Source: Heteronotia binoei
Lineage: Eukaryota
NCBI RefSeq assembly: GCF_032191835.1
Contig: NC_083225.1
Span: forward strand, 149,978,001-150,042,000
Direction: 5' to 3'
DNA length: 64,000 bases
The notes below the pieces were generated by a model, which saw only the letters and a program-made list of their open reading frames with translations, ran no database searches and was not told the DNA's origin. A program made the translations under genes and the position numbers. Positions 1-9,992 of the stretch are shown one piece after another. Positions within the stretch are counted from its first letter, which is position 1, and every line of letters starts with the position of its first letter.

Positions 1-1348
1 ATTGGAGTTCAGTATCTGGGAAGTGATTCTGCAGTAAACACTAGTGATTCATAGGTGTGTAACTAGAGAAGAATAACACATAACTAGGGAAGAACTGCCA
101 GTTCCAGCAATACCTTTCCACCTGGTTATGTTAAGTATTACAACTTGAGAAATACCCTTGAGGATGAGGCTAATGTGCATTTGAATTTGACTGGTTCAGA
201 TAGCCTGAATCCTTATCAAAGTAGTCTGGTTGCATAAGCTTTGCAAGTAGCATTTCCATAAGCATTTTCCACATTCCTATATAAAATAACTTAAAAACTG
301 AGCATGATCAGGAGCACCAAATGAATATATGGAGTGACTTGTACTGTAAAATGTTGTTGCATCACAATTGATTTGGAGTTAAGGGCTTGTATCCTATGAA
401 GGAGTTCCAAGATTCTTGCTGATACCTCCTTCCTGCTGACTTACCCTTCATATAGAGAAGAGAGGCACCTTTCCACTCCAGGAGCAGAATTTCAGAGAAT
501 ATTCTGGGCTGTAGTGGGAAAGAGACAGCTGGAAAGCCCTGTTCTGTGGACAGAAATCTCCAGTGGATCCAAGGCTTGGTTCACACATACGCTTTGTATC
601 TTTTCATGACTGGTAACTGAATATATAAAGGAATTTGAAAGGTTGAATTTCATATGTGAATGATATGATATCTTAGGTAGTAACTCATATCATTCACTTA
701 GGCAAGCCATAACTTTCATTTGCTGTCCTTCTGATAAGTATTATGTTTCAGCTAATTTCCAAACTTGTTTCATCATCCAAGATTCCCCCACCCCCTTTTT
801 TTAATTGAATGACAAGCCAGGTGAATAATGCCCATTTCCCTTAATTGCAAATATGGATGTCAGACCTATGAAGACTGAAGGCTATCTTTTTTCGCAAATT
901 TTTATTAGACACAATTTTATTAGACATAAATGCCACCGTGGTGGCCCTGATGGCAGAAAAGCAGGGTATAAATTTTGTAAATATAATAAATGCACATGTG
1001 TTGGCATTTCCAGTACTGGTGCCATAGAGTGTAAAAAATTATCTTTTTCTGTTCAGTCTGCTTAAATATCAGCATTGGTGCCTTGTTGCACCTTACAATA
1101 TTTTGTTTCTAGATATTGTTTTTTTAATGTGGCTAAATCTTCACAGTGCAGATTAAGATGTGAACAATATTACTAGAGACTGACAAAAGTTATGTAATTA
1201 AAAATTGAGAACACCCAGCCATATTTTTGTATCTCTTATTTTTTATTTATGTCTCTGAGAAGATCTAGCCTGGTTTCTATTCTGGAGGAACAGAAGCTGA
1301 TCTTTCCATTACTGTTCAGAGGCAGTATACCTCTGTATACATGTAAAT

Positions 1349-1468
1349 CAGGGCTCTTTTTTTTAGCAGGAACACAAAGGAACGCAGTTCCAGCTGGCTT
1401 GGCATCAGGGTGTGTGGCCTAATATGCAAATGAGTTCCCTCTGGGCTTTTCCTACAAAAAAAGCCCTG
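1349..1468. mobile_element. Non-autonomous hAT-type MITE (CAGGGCTTTTTT...AAAAAAGCCCTG family)
   Basis: TIRs CAGGGCTCTTTT / AAAAAAAGCCCTG. The internal GGTGTGTGGCCTAATATGCAAATGAGTTCC block is shared with copies at about 5.1, 25.2, 35.2 and 46.7 kb. Confidence 0.8.
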
Positions 1469-1926
1469 CCTGTAATGCAGGTTCAGTAACCTTGATGATG
1501 GCATTTCCAAAGTCTACACATTGGCTTTCTCCTCCTGTTGAACAACAGACCCTTTTTGCCATTTTAAAATTGGCCTCATATAACAAAGCAGACATCTGGA
1601 ATTGTAGAGAAAATACTAATACGCTTAAAAAATGACTCACAGGAGAAGATAATGTGCTGCTTCCTCCAGCATACAGCAGAGCTGGACTAAGTTTCTGGGT
1701 CTAGATTGATTCCACAGGAGGATACGTGAAACAAAGCAATGACAATTAGCAAACCATGTGGCTCCAACTTAGCACATCTGCTAATGTTGTTTAAAATCTT
1801 CATTCCTGTGCATGCATTGAATCAGCATAAGAACCAAATAGTGGCCAAAGTGCATGAAGGGGTACAGAATTTGTGTCCAGTGATCATCACGTGGTATTAT
1901 CTGGGGCTCAACACTTCGCTGTTGCT

Positions 1927-1985
1927 GGTCAGCTGACTCACTTCTATCGGGAAAGAAGATGCAGAGCAATCAGAACTTTGACCTC
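1927..1985 (+). promoter_or_regulatory. Candidate APOV1 proximal promoter: ERE-like GGTCA-GC-TGACT (1927-1938) overlapping TGACTCA, and an HNF4/COUP-TF-type DR1 AGAACTTTGACCTC (1972-1985)
   Basis: The motifs are read directly, about 70-130 bp upstream of the exon-1 donor. The DR1 reads GAGGTCAAAGTTCT on the minus strand. Function is inferred from the liver-specific, estrogen-induced chicken gene. Confidence 0.45.
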
Positions 1986-2009
1986 TTGACTGCTTCCATA
2001 TCTAGTCTG

Positions 2010-2057
2010 AGGCAGCTGGTGTTTCAGAATCAAAAGCTACACCAACCACAACGAGAG
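2010..2057 (+). other. APOV1: APOV1 exon 1 (5'UTR, non-coding; 5' end approximate)
   Basis: Strong donor GAG|GTAAGA at 2057/2058 upstream of the acceptor at 3175. Chicken apoVLDL-II has four exons with a short non-coding first exon. Confidence 0.65.
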
Positions 2058-2589
2058 GTAAGAGAAAAATCTCTGTCTGAATAGGATATATCAAATAACA
2101 AGGGGTTGGCAAGTGGCATCTTTAAACTGACTTAGGAGATGAGTGCTCCATTTACGCAGATGTTCCACGGTATCTAAGAGCTGCAATTGTAAAAACCACA
2201 GTATTCTTTATGGGGTAGTTTTGAAAACAGCGCAGAATGAAAACCAAGGAGAACCTTGACAGTTTCTGCTAGTATTTTTTTTTTTAATAAACTTTTTAAA
2301 TGTGCAGTTTTATGCTCTGTCAAAATGTATCTAATACTTTCTTGGGCAATTTTACCTCAGACCCAAAGACGCACAGTAGATATAAGTAGTTGAAATTTTA
2401 AAAAAGATTGTAGGTAGGCACAGAAAAATAATACCTTCATCTTTTTTGGTAGCAGTTGGAAAGTCACTGAAAAAAATATTAGCAAAGTGACTGAACTGGT
2501 TCAGCTGTGTTTAGTTTATCAGTAACCAGGCTCAGTGATGACAGTAAATTGTACATTCCAGTGTTAATGCTAGGTCCTCCCTGTGAGGG

Positions 2590-2755
2590 CCCCCAGCAGC
2601 TTACATTGTTCTCCATTTTATCCTCACAATCATATGGAGTAATTTAGGCTGAAAGTGTGTGACTGGCCCAAGGTAACCCAATGAACTTCCCAGGCAGAGT
2701 GGAGGTTTGAATCCGGATATCCCAAGCCCCACTCGCTACACCACACTGGCTCTCA
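2590..2755 (-). mobile_element. tRNA-derived SINE (Squam3/MIR-like), degenerate
   Basis: The minus strand reads GAGAGCCAGTGTGGTGTAGC...GGATTCAAACC (A/B-box-like head), followed by a CTTGGGCCAGTCACAC...CCTA core. Confidence 0.7.
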
Positions 2756-3224
2756 ATTTTGGAAACTATTTCAAAATTTATTTTGAAAACTATTTTTAAA
2801 ATGTTTAAAGTCTGAAAGTGTTCTGTGTGTCTTGCAGTTCTATTTCTCAATAATGTAGTTTTTCAGAATTTAGAACTTAGTACGCTCTAGCAAAGATCGA
2901 GCATCCCCACTAAATTACATATTAGCCAAGTAGGTTTGTTTGAGAGATATGTACCATTTTCTTATCTCTCTTAACTGATGTTCACAACTAAGTGGGGGGG
3001 GGGGGAGTTTTGTATCTATTAAATAAAAACAGTTGAAGGACAAAAATGTACTTGCCACATTCAGTACCCTGTAGGTAAGTGTGGGATGTCTTGTCTGCAT
3101 ACCTTCTTGTCTATACCAACGCGGTATTCGATATTTGTTTTCTTTCCAAATGAGTTTAATATTTTCTTCTTGCAGGACTTAAGAAACTGTATCATCGAGC
3201 TGCACTGAGGCTGTGTTAGAAATC

Positions 3225-3282
3225 ATGCTTTGCTCCAAAGCAGTTGTCTGTCTGATTCTTCTGCTTGGCAGTACACTGACTG
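3225..3282 (+). CDS. APOV1: Apovitellenin-1 (apoVLDL-II), first coding exon: signal peptide MLCSKAVVCLILLLGSTLT (exon starts at 3176 with 5'UTR)
   Basis: Acceptor TTTTCTTCTTGCAG|3176, ATG at 3225, phase-1 donor ACTG|GTAATA. It joins the next exon in frame. The joined CDS is 315 nt = 104 aa + stop. Confidence 0.9.
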
Positions 3283-3679
3283 GTAATATCAAAGATCCTT
3301 AAGGTTACCTTCAGTATACTTTGCTTGCTAAGCATAAGTTCACCCTCACTAAAAATAGGACCTAACATTAACACTGGAATGTGCAATTTACTGTCATCAC
3401 TGAGCCTGGTTACTGATAAACTAAACACAGCTGAACCAGTTCAATCCCTTTCCTAATAATCCCTAAAATCGAGTTTGCCTTTTTCTCTGCTGCAGCACAC
3501 TGGGTTGACGCTTTCATTGAGTGACGTGAGGCAGAATTTGCCATTTTAGGCTCTACTGTTGCTATGTAATTTTAGTTTTTAATATTTTAAATTGGTTTTT
3601 GTTTTTATGATGTAACCCCCCCTCCGAGCCTGTTCTACGGGAAGAGCAGGCTAAAAATCAAATTTAAAAATACCCACTA

Positions 3680-3912
3680 CAACTACAAGATCTTTTTTTC
3701 CCTCTCAGACTCAGCAAATTTAGGCCCTATTAGTCTATAGTTGAAGTTGGGGGGGGGGGGGGGTGTCCCAATGCACATCACCTTACACTTGCCAACATTT
3801 AGCTTCATTTGCCACATTATTGTCCATTCAACCAATTTGCGGAGATTCCCTTGGAGCTCTTCATGGTCAGCTGTGGTTTTCCTCATTCTGAATAATTTTG
3901 CGTCGTCTGCAA
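3680..3912 (-). mobile_element. CR1 LINE reverse-transcriptase fragment, degenerate, in APOV1 intron 2
   Basis: Translation EELQGNLRKLVEWTIMWQMKLNVGKCKVMCIG matches the CR1 RT in this window (EELQRDLLRLGEWASTWQMRFNVAKCKVMHIG). Confidence 0.9.
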
Positions 3913-4677
3913 AATTTGGCCACTATACAATTCACCCTATTTTGTGTTCTATATATTAGAAAGTAATGTTTTAGACTTTTGTCATAGGTCAGGATCAAGC
4001 AGTGTTGAGGCCATAAAGGTAACATAAGTGGCCCTATAGCATTATCAAAAAAGGATTTAGGATGGTGGGGAGGCTGCATTTACTGGCACCATATATCTGA
4101 AGTCCTAAACTGTGGTTTATTGAGATTTTGCATAGATCTAATTTTGCTTTGCTAAATTCTACATAGCGAATTTGGTGCTACAAAGGGACTTCTACCCAGA
4201 TCTAAACACCAGATTGCCAAACTGCTTCCTAATGTAGAGTTGTAGCAGTTCACTACTGATTCAGGTGGTAAGGCATTCTCTTATCTCATAGTGTGATTAT
4301 GCTCGCTGTTCACCCACCTGCTGCAGGTAAACCCCTGTACTTAAGAAACTAAAGAGCAGGAGAACATATGACCCTGCAGTGGCCTCTACAGTGATGCTCT
4401 AGAAATTTCTGAACACCTCTGTGGTCTTTACCATACAGATTTGGAGAAATTCTTAGAGCATCACCTGGAAGTGACATTGCATCCTCCCCAGGCACCACCC
4501 TCATAATCTCCTAGCATTTGCTAAGGGATGCCAGCACCATAACTGTGATAAATCCTAAGAAGGTTATGTCTCCAGGATGCTCCTGCAATATTTGGGAAAT
4601 ATTTGCATCTTCCTGTGAACTAAATTGTAGAAGAAAATTGGTTTGTCTTACTTTATTTTTTCCTTTGCCATCTGCAG

Positions 4678-4840
4678 AAGTTGGTGCTAAGGCCATCTCA
4701 AAGAGGCATGTCCGTCGTGACTGGTTGATCTTGCCTGATGCAATTGCATTTTATGTATATAAGGCTGTGGACACAATGTCCCCTAAATCTGCAGAGGTGG
4801 TGGCAAAAGCTGTTCAGACTCCACTAATTCTTGATACAAG
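4678..4840 (+). CDS. APOV1: Apovitellenin-1 exon 3: (E)VGAKAISKRHVRRDWLILPDAIAFYVYKAVDTMSPKSAEVVAKAVQTPLILDT(R)
   Basis: Acceptor CCATCTGCAG|, donor ACAAG|GTATGA. RRDWLILPDAIAFYVYKAV..MSP aligns to chicken apo[30 protein letters not shown] (recalled). Confidence 0.95.
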
Positions 4841-5106
4841 GTATGATGACAAAAGGAGTTTCTTCCTTTGTGGGACCTCTGAAAGATCATGATCAGGGAA
4901 TACAGGGATAAGTGTAATTTGAGTTTCACAGTAGCAGTGTTGTATATTTGGGATGCCTTTCTTCAAGGTAATAAGGCCAAGTCTCTGTGCTGGATCTGAT
5001 TGTGTGAAAATGTTTCTGATAGCCTCTGCCTCCATCACTGTGCTTCCCTTGCCTGAAACTATTAGGAAAATGAGGTGCATAGCATTTTTGAGAGAAGGGC
5101 TGCATG

Positions 5107-5310
5107 TGGGGCTTTTTTGGTAGAAAAAGCCCATCAGGGATCCATTTGCATATTAGGCCACACCTCTGATGTCACCATTGTTTCATATAGGGCTTTGTTG
5201 TAGAAAAAGCCCAGCAATAATTCATTTGCATATTAGACCACATCCCATGATGCCAAGTCAGCCAAAACTGCGTTCCTGTGCATTCCTGCTCAAAAACAAA
5301 AAAGTCCTGG
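5107..5310. mobile_element. Compound or partly duplicated hAT MITE (same family as 1349-1468) in APOV1 intron 3
   Basis: Two GGGCTTT...GTAGAAAAAGCCCA..CATTTGCATATTAG blocks, ending AAAAAAGTCCTG. Confidence 0.7.
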
Positions 5311-5815
5311 CTGTATGTAATCCTTACCAGCCACAATCTGCTACCTGGATTTCTATTTCTTTAGAATAAATACTGTGGATGCTGCTTAGTAGTCAGCAGC
5401 AGTGTCAAACAAACATAGAAGCAGGTAGCTGACAAATTATGTCAGATTTTCTTCTGGAGAAAGAAGAGGGCATTGTTTGACCACTGAAATGGCTACAGCT
5501 GCAGATTGTGTGACCCATGTGGATAAACAGCCACACAGTGTTCACAGTTAGAAATGGAACTGGGGGAAATAAAGTAAAAAGCTAGTTTTTGTTAGTCTAA
5601 AGGCATTTCAAAAACTTAACTATTTTAGGCCTTATCTCAACAAATTGCATAGAAATATGTCCTCTAGTACTAAGGAGGAGGATCCAAAACTGTATAAACC
5701 CTAGCAGATCTCTATCTCTCTAGTCGCAACCAACCTTAAATTCTGTTGGTGGTATTCTAGGTTTTTGGCTCCTGATCTTGTACTCTTGTTGAAGGAACAC
5801 TGAAGAATTAACAGA

Positions 5816-5853
5816 TTCTCCTGAAGAAGCCTGTTAGTGAAATGCATAGGGAA
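5816..5853 (+). ncRNA. Minimal type I hammerhead ribozyme-like motif (Penelope-type), partly decayed
   Basis: UUCUC-CUGAAGA-A-GCC-uguu-AGU-GAAA-UGCAUA-GGGAA. It has an intact core, a 5-bp stem I (UUCUC/GGGAA) and a palindromic AUGCAU stem III. Stem II is weak. Confidence 0.45.
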
Positions 5854-6077
5854 TTTTTAGTTGAGAATTTGCTCCATTTACTTGCCCCATTGGCCTCGAC
5901 CTTATTTTTTTACTCTAGTTTTTTCCACATTCACATCTGTCTTCCTGAGAATAGAATATAGAGGGAAATTCCAGAACCCTGTTACTATCCTACTGGTTTA
6001 TGCACACTAACACCTATATATAACAATTTCTGCTTGAGAATTAACGTATTGTCTCCTGTTGTGCCTGTGTCTTACAG

Positions 6078-6171
6078 GAATTTCCTGATACAGACTACAG
6101 CTCAAATCACTGTGAAAGCTGAAGAAGCATGGGCAAAAGTGGTGGAGAAAGTGTCTGGCTTCTGGCAGTAG
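6078..6171 (+). CDS. APOV1: Apovitellenin-1 last coding exon: (R)NFLIQTTAQITVKAEEAWAKVVEKVSGFWQ*
   Basis: Acceptor GTCTTACAG|, phase 2. RNFLIQTTAQIT aligns to chicken RNFLINETARLT. TAG at 6169-6171. Confidence 0.93.
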
Positions 6172-6504
6172 CAGAAGAAAGAACAAGAACAGCAATAAGG
6201 CCAGATCAAGCTTAGGGTTCTGTCATATGTATTTACCCTCTTGAGAAATCAATTGGGTGAACTTTCTCTATCATGCCACTAGAGGGAGAAAACAATCCAA
6301 CTTCAGTCAGGACAACCTCCAAAAGGCTTATTTGTTAAATCCATAAAATGCAAATATACGGAGGGTCACTCACTTCACATGTGATGGCTTGCACGATATC
6401 CAATGCAAGTGTTTGTTTTTGTTCTCCAATCTGTGCATTCATAGCAAAATACACTTTGCTTGCTACTTCAGAGACGATAGGCATACTTTCCCTTGATTAA
6501 CAAA

Positions 6505-6690
6505 ATAGGAGTCAAGTGCACCTTTAAGACCAACTTAGTTTTATTCAGAACGTAAGCTTTTGTATGCTCTCTAAGCACACTTCATCAGATGAGGAATCAG
6601 GTACAGTGAGCAAAGCCACACATAGCTGGTAGTCAGTGGCTCAGAATGCAAACTGGTACAAATTTAAGATCCAATGACAGTATAGTAAAA
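6505..6690 (-). mobile_element. Penelope-like element terminal (pLTR) fragment with inactivated hammerhead
   Basis: CACCTTTAAGACCAAC...AAGCTTTTGTATGC...CTTCATCAG. On the minus strand the core is CUGAUGA...AAAA (GAAA mutated). Confidence 0.7.
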
Positions 6691-6711
6691 TCTTAGACCA
6701 TTTTCACACAA

Positions 6712-6943
6712 AGCTTACCACGCGGTCACGTTCCTGTTCTCTCCACAGCGTCCGTCAGATTTCCCACTATCTGCGCCGGAGTTACTAGAAGTGCCACGGC
6801 TTTTGCATAGCAAACATAAACCGCTAAAACCCAGTTTATGTTTGCTACGCAAAAGCCGCGGCACTTCCTGTAACTCCAGCACAGATAGTGGGAAATCCGA
6901 CGGACGCTGCGGAGAGAACAGGAACGTGACTGCGTGGTAAGCT
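6712..6943. mobile_element. Near-perfect 230-bp palindrome, MITE-like (probably PIF/Harbinger-derived)
   Basis: Arms AGCTTACCACGCGGTCACGTTCCTGTTCTCTCC... / ...GGAGAGAACAGGAACGTGACTGCGTGGTAAGCT surround a short loop near 6821-6834. The element is CpG-rich. The superfamily assignment is inference. Confidence 0.75.
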
Positions 6944-7036
6944 GTGTGCAAAAACAGTATTAAATCTGTATTTAAGCCGCCCTGAGCCTGTTAGGGGAGG
7001 GCGGGATATAAATCTGATAAAATAAATAAATAAAAT

Positions 7037-7110
7037 TAAGCTGGTCTTAAAGGTGCAACTTGACTCCTATTTTGTTCTACTACTTCAGACCAACACAGCT
7101 GACTACTTGG
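7037..7110 (+). mobile_element. Penelope-like terminal fragment, inverted relative to 6505-6690
   Basis: CTGGTCTTAAAGGTGCAACTTGACTCCTATTTTGTT is the reverse complement of about 6508-6540. Confidence 0.7.
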
Positions 7111-7320
7111 ATCTTTTCCTTGATGAGTTCAAGGAGATGAGTTCTATGTAAGAAAGATGAGATTAGTTCCACATAAGAAAATTACACGAGTTTTACGTGA
7201 GAAAGTTATTACATATGAAGCAGCCATTAGGGGATGGCCCAGGCTAGCCTGCATGTGCATGTGCTCATCACACACACAGACTTCTGCAGAGCCTGATCCT
7301 AAACTTCTTTTTATGGGATT

Positions 7321-7517
7321 TGTATGGCATAGTGGTGAGAGTATCAGACAAGGATATGAGAAACCCAGGTTGAACCCCCACTCTGCCCCACACCCTCAGC
7401 CTCATCTATACCAGAGTGGCTCTTGGGAGCATAAAATGGAAAGAGGAGGAAAGATGTTGTAAGCCGCTTTGGATCCACATTGGTAAGAAAAGCAGGATAT
7501 AAATATCCAGATAAATA
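7321..7517 (+). mobile_element. Squam3/MIR-like tRNA SINE
   Basis: ATGGCATAGTGG...CCCAGGTTGAACCCCCACTC head and TGTAAGCCGCTTTGG...GCAGGATATAAAT tail. Confidence 0.65.
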
Positions 7518-7984
7518 ACACGCCTTATTCTGTGAAATCTGTATCTTGGAATGGTTCATTTAAAATGGGGAGAGAGGGACATGATTTGGTGCCTTAACTT
7601 TTAAGATTTTTTTTCAGCTTTATAAAATGTGATTTGTATTAAAATGGTTTTGAGATTTACTTAGTTTGTATTTTTACTTCCTAAGGTCCTTTAGGATGTC
7701 ATATTTTCATACTTCTTCAACCACAGAGGCCAGAAACTCTGAAACAAACAACCCAGAAACACTCAAAACTGTGGGGTTTCACATTGTGTAAGAGATACTG
7801 GCCAAACTTACATAGTTTCATTTCCCTGTTCTGGGTATTAGTCAATGCTGTTGTGCACCCAGATCCTGATTTGCTTTGATGTTGCTAACTTCAGAGCAAT
7901 GGGTTAAGTAGGCAGTGGTTCCTAAAGTGTGATGCCTTGTAAAAAGAAAAACTCAAACCTTATTGAATAAAGTATCCACAGTCA

Positions 7985-9273
7985 AGGTTAAAGAAGAAAG
8001 TGTCAAAGCAGGATTGCAGCTGAACATCAAAAAAGACAAAAGTAATGATTACTGGGGAGTTATACTATTTTAAGGCTGATGGTGAAGAAATTGAAATAGT
8101 TGGAGATATTCTATTCTGTCCCCAGGAAATCAGGGAAGGACAGCCTTGAAGGAGCTTAAAAAGATTCTTAAGTGCAATGATGTGTCACTAGCAACCAAGA
8201 TAATTCCTGCCATAGTCTTCCTCATTACTATGTTATAAGTGTGAAAGTTGGACAATGAATAAAGCTCAACAGGAAGAAAGTTGATTCCTTTAAAATGCGG
8301 CATTGGACAAGAATTTTACAGATACCATGGCCACCAAAAAATCCAAATAAGTGGGTTGTGATCAAATCAAGGTTGAACTCTCCCTAGAAACTAAAATGTA
8401 CAATTCTGGTCACCACACCTCAAAAAAGATATTATAGCATTTTTAAAAGTGCAGAAAACAGCAACTAGAATGATTTGGAACTCAACACTTTCCCTATGAA
8501 GAAAGGTTAAATCGCTTGGAGCTCTTTAGCTTGGAGAAACATCGACTGAAGGGTACCATGATAGAGGTTTACAAGATTATGCATGGGATAGAGAAGGTAG
8601 AGAAAGAAGTATTTTTCTCCCTTTCTCACAATACAAGAACTCGTGGGCACTCAATGAAATTGCTGAGCAGTCGGGTTAGAATGGATAAAAGGAAGTACTT
8701 CACCCAAAGGATGATTAACACATGGAATTCACTGCCGCAGGAGATGGTGGAAGCTACAAGCATAGATTGCTTTAACAGGGGATTGGATAAACATATAGAG
8801 CAGAGGTCCATCAGAGGCTATTAGCCATAGTGTATTGTTGGAACTCTCTGTCTGGGGCAGTGATGCTCTGTATTCTTAGTGCTTGGGGAGGGGGCAACAG
8901 TGAGATGGCTTCTAGTGTCCTGGCCCCACAGATGAACCTCCTGATGGAACCTGTGTTTTTTGGCCACTGTGTGACGCAGAGTGTTGGACTGGATGGGCCA
9001 TTGGCCTGCTCCAACATGGCTTCTCTTATGTTCTTATGAGTAAACTGAGGCTATTGTGTTTGGTCACTTTATGAGAAGACAAGAGTTATGGGAAAAGACA
9101 ATAATGCTAGGAAAAGCTGAAGGCAGCAGAAAAATAAGACCCAGTGGTTTAACTTTATAAAGGAAGCCATGGTCCCCATATTGTCAAGACCTGAGTAAGG
9201 CTAATAGGATATTTTGGAGGACATTAATTCATAAAGTTGCTATTATTCAGAAGTTTGTTGGCACTTAACACAC
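7985..9273 (+). mobile_element. RTE/BovB-like LINE 3' fragment, split by a CR1 insertion (RTE parts about 7985-8398 and 9039-9273)
   Basis: GCAGGATTGCAGCTGAACATC..., GTGAAAGTTGGACAATGAA, CTCTCCCTAGAAACTAAAATG | AGTAAACTGAGGCTA..., and 3' end GGCACTTAACACAC. Confidence 0.85.
8399..9038 (+). mobile_element. 5'-truncated CR1 LINE (end of ORF2 plus 3'UTR)
   Basis: ORF 8516-8824 is nearly identical to the C-terminus of the CR1 at 56.3-56.8 kb. The 3'UTR ends CCAACATGGCTTCTCTTATGTTCTTATG. Confidence 0.95.
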
Positions 9274-9619
9274 TCAGGTATCCATGCCCATTAAAATAAA
9301 GTTCAGTGGTAGCTGTACAGAGGTCTAGGGCAGGGGTGTCAAAAATCCAGCCCACGGGCCAGAACCATCCCACCCAAGGCTTTAATTAGGCCTGCAGGAC
9401 CCTTTTATTTCCCCTTCCTCCTCCTGTCCCCACCCTTTGAAGTTCAGAGGCTGTCTAAGTTCCTAGCTCCTTCTGCCTTGTCTTTGCTAACTGCAGCAGC
9501 AAGCAAAGCTGCAAAGAACATGCAGAGTGGATTTCCCATTAAGGTTTCTGCACACAAATAGATAGGGCCCAGAGATATTAATAGAAAATCCATATTTTGC
9601 CATCTTCTAGGCGTGGAGG

Positions 9620-9893
9620 TGGAGCAGGTGTCACTAGGGTGTGTGTACGGCGGAGCAGGTGTCACTAGGATGTGTGTATGGGAGAGGTATTTGTGAATTT
9701 CCTACATTGTGCAGGGGGTGGCACTAGATGACCCTGGAGGTGCCTTCCAATTCTATATAAGGGTTTCTAGTGTCCTGCCCCTACTGATGGACCTCCTGAT
9801 GGCACCTGGTTTTTTTGGCCACTGTGTGACACAGAGTGTTGGACTGAATGGGCCATTGGCCTGATCCAACATGGCTTCTCTTATGTTCTTATG
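9620..9893 (+). mobile_element. Two adjacent CR1 3'UTR fragments, with an internal tandem duplication of about 27 bp
   Basis: GGACTAGATGACCCTGGAGG-type tail followed by the CTTATGTTCTTATG tail. GGAGCAGGTGTCACTAGG(G/A)TGTGTGTA occurs twice. Confidence 0.8.
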
Positions 9894-9914
9894 ACAGATG
9901 GACTCACATTCTAG

Positions 9915-9992
9915 CTGTATCTGGAGAACTGAGCAGTGACTCATGAAAGCTCAAACCTGCCACAAATTTTATTAGCTTTTAAGGTGCTAGTC
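9915..9992 (+). mobile_element. Penelope-like terminal fragment with decayed hammerhead
   Basis: CTGGAGAACTGAGCAGTGACTCATGAAAGCTCA...TTTAAGGTGCTA. Confidence 0.65.

Noticed and set aside
1959-2057. Open frame MQSNQNFDLL...QRE ending at the APOV1 exon-1 donor
   Set aside because: The ATG lies upstream of the DR1 element, probably outside the transcript. If spliced, it would stop at about 3208, before the real start.
4699-4722. KRHVRR as a furin site in apovitellenin
   Set aside because: Chicken has the equivalent RERR, yet its mature protein retains that segment. There is no evidence of cleavage.
4518-4892. 124-aa ORF as a standalone gene
   Set aside because: Only 4678-4840 is exonic (APOV1 exon 3); the rest is intron read-through.
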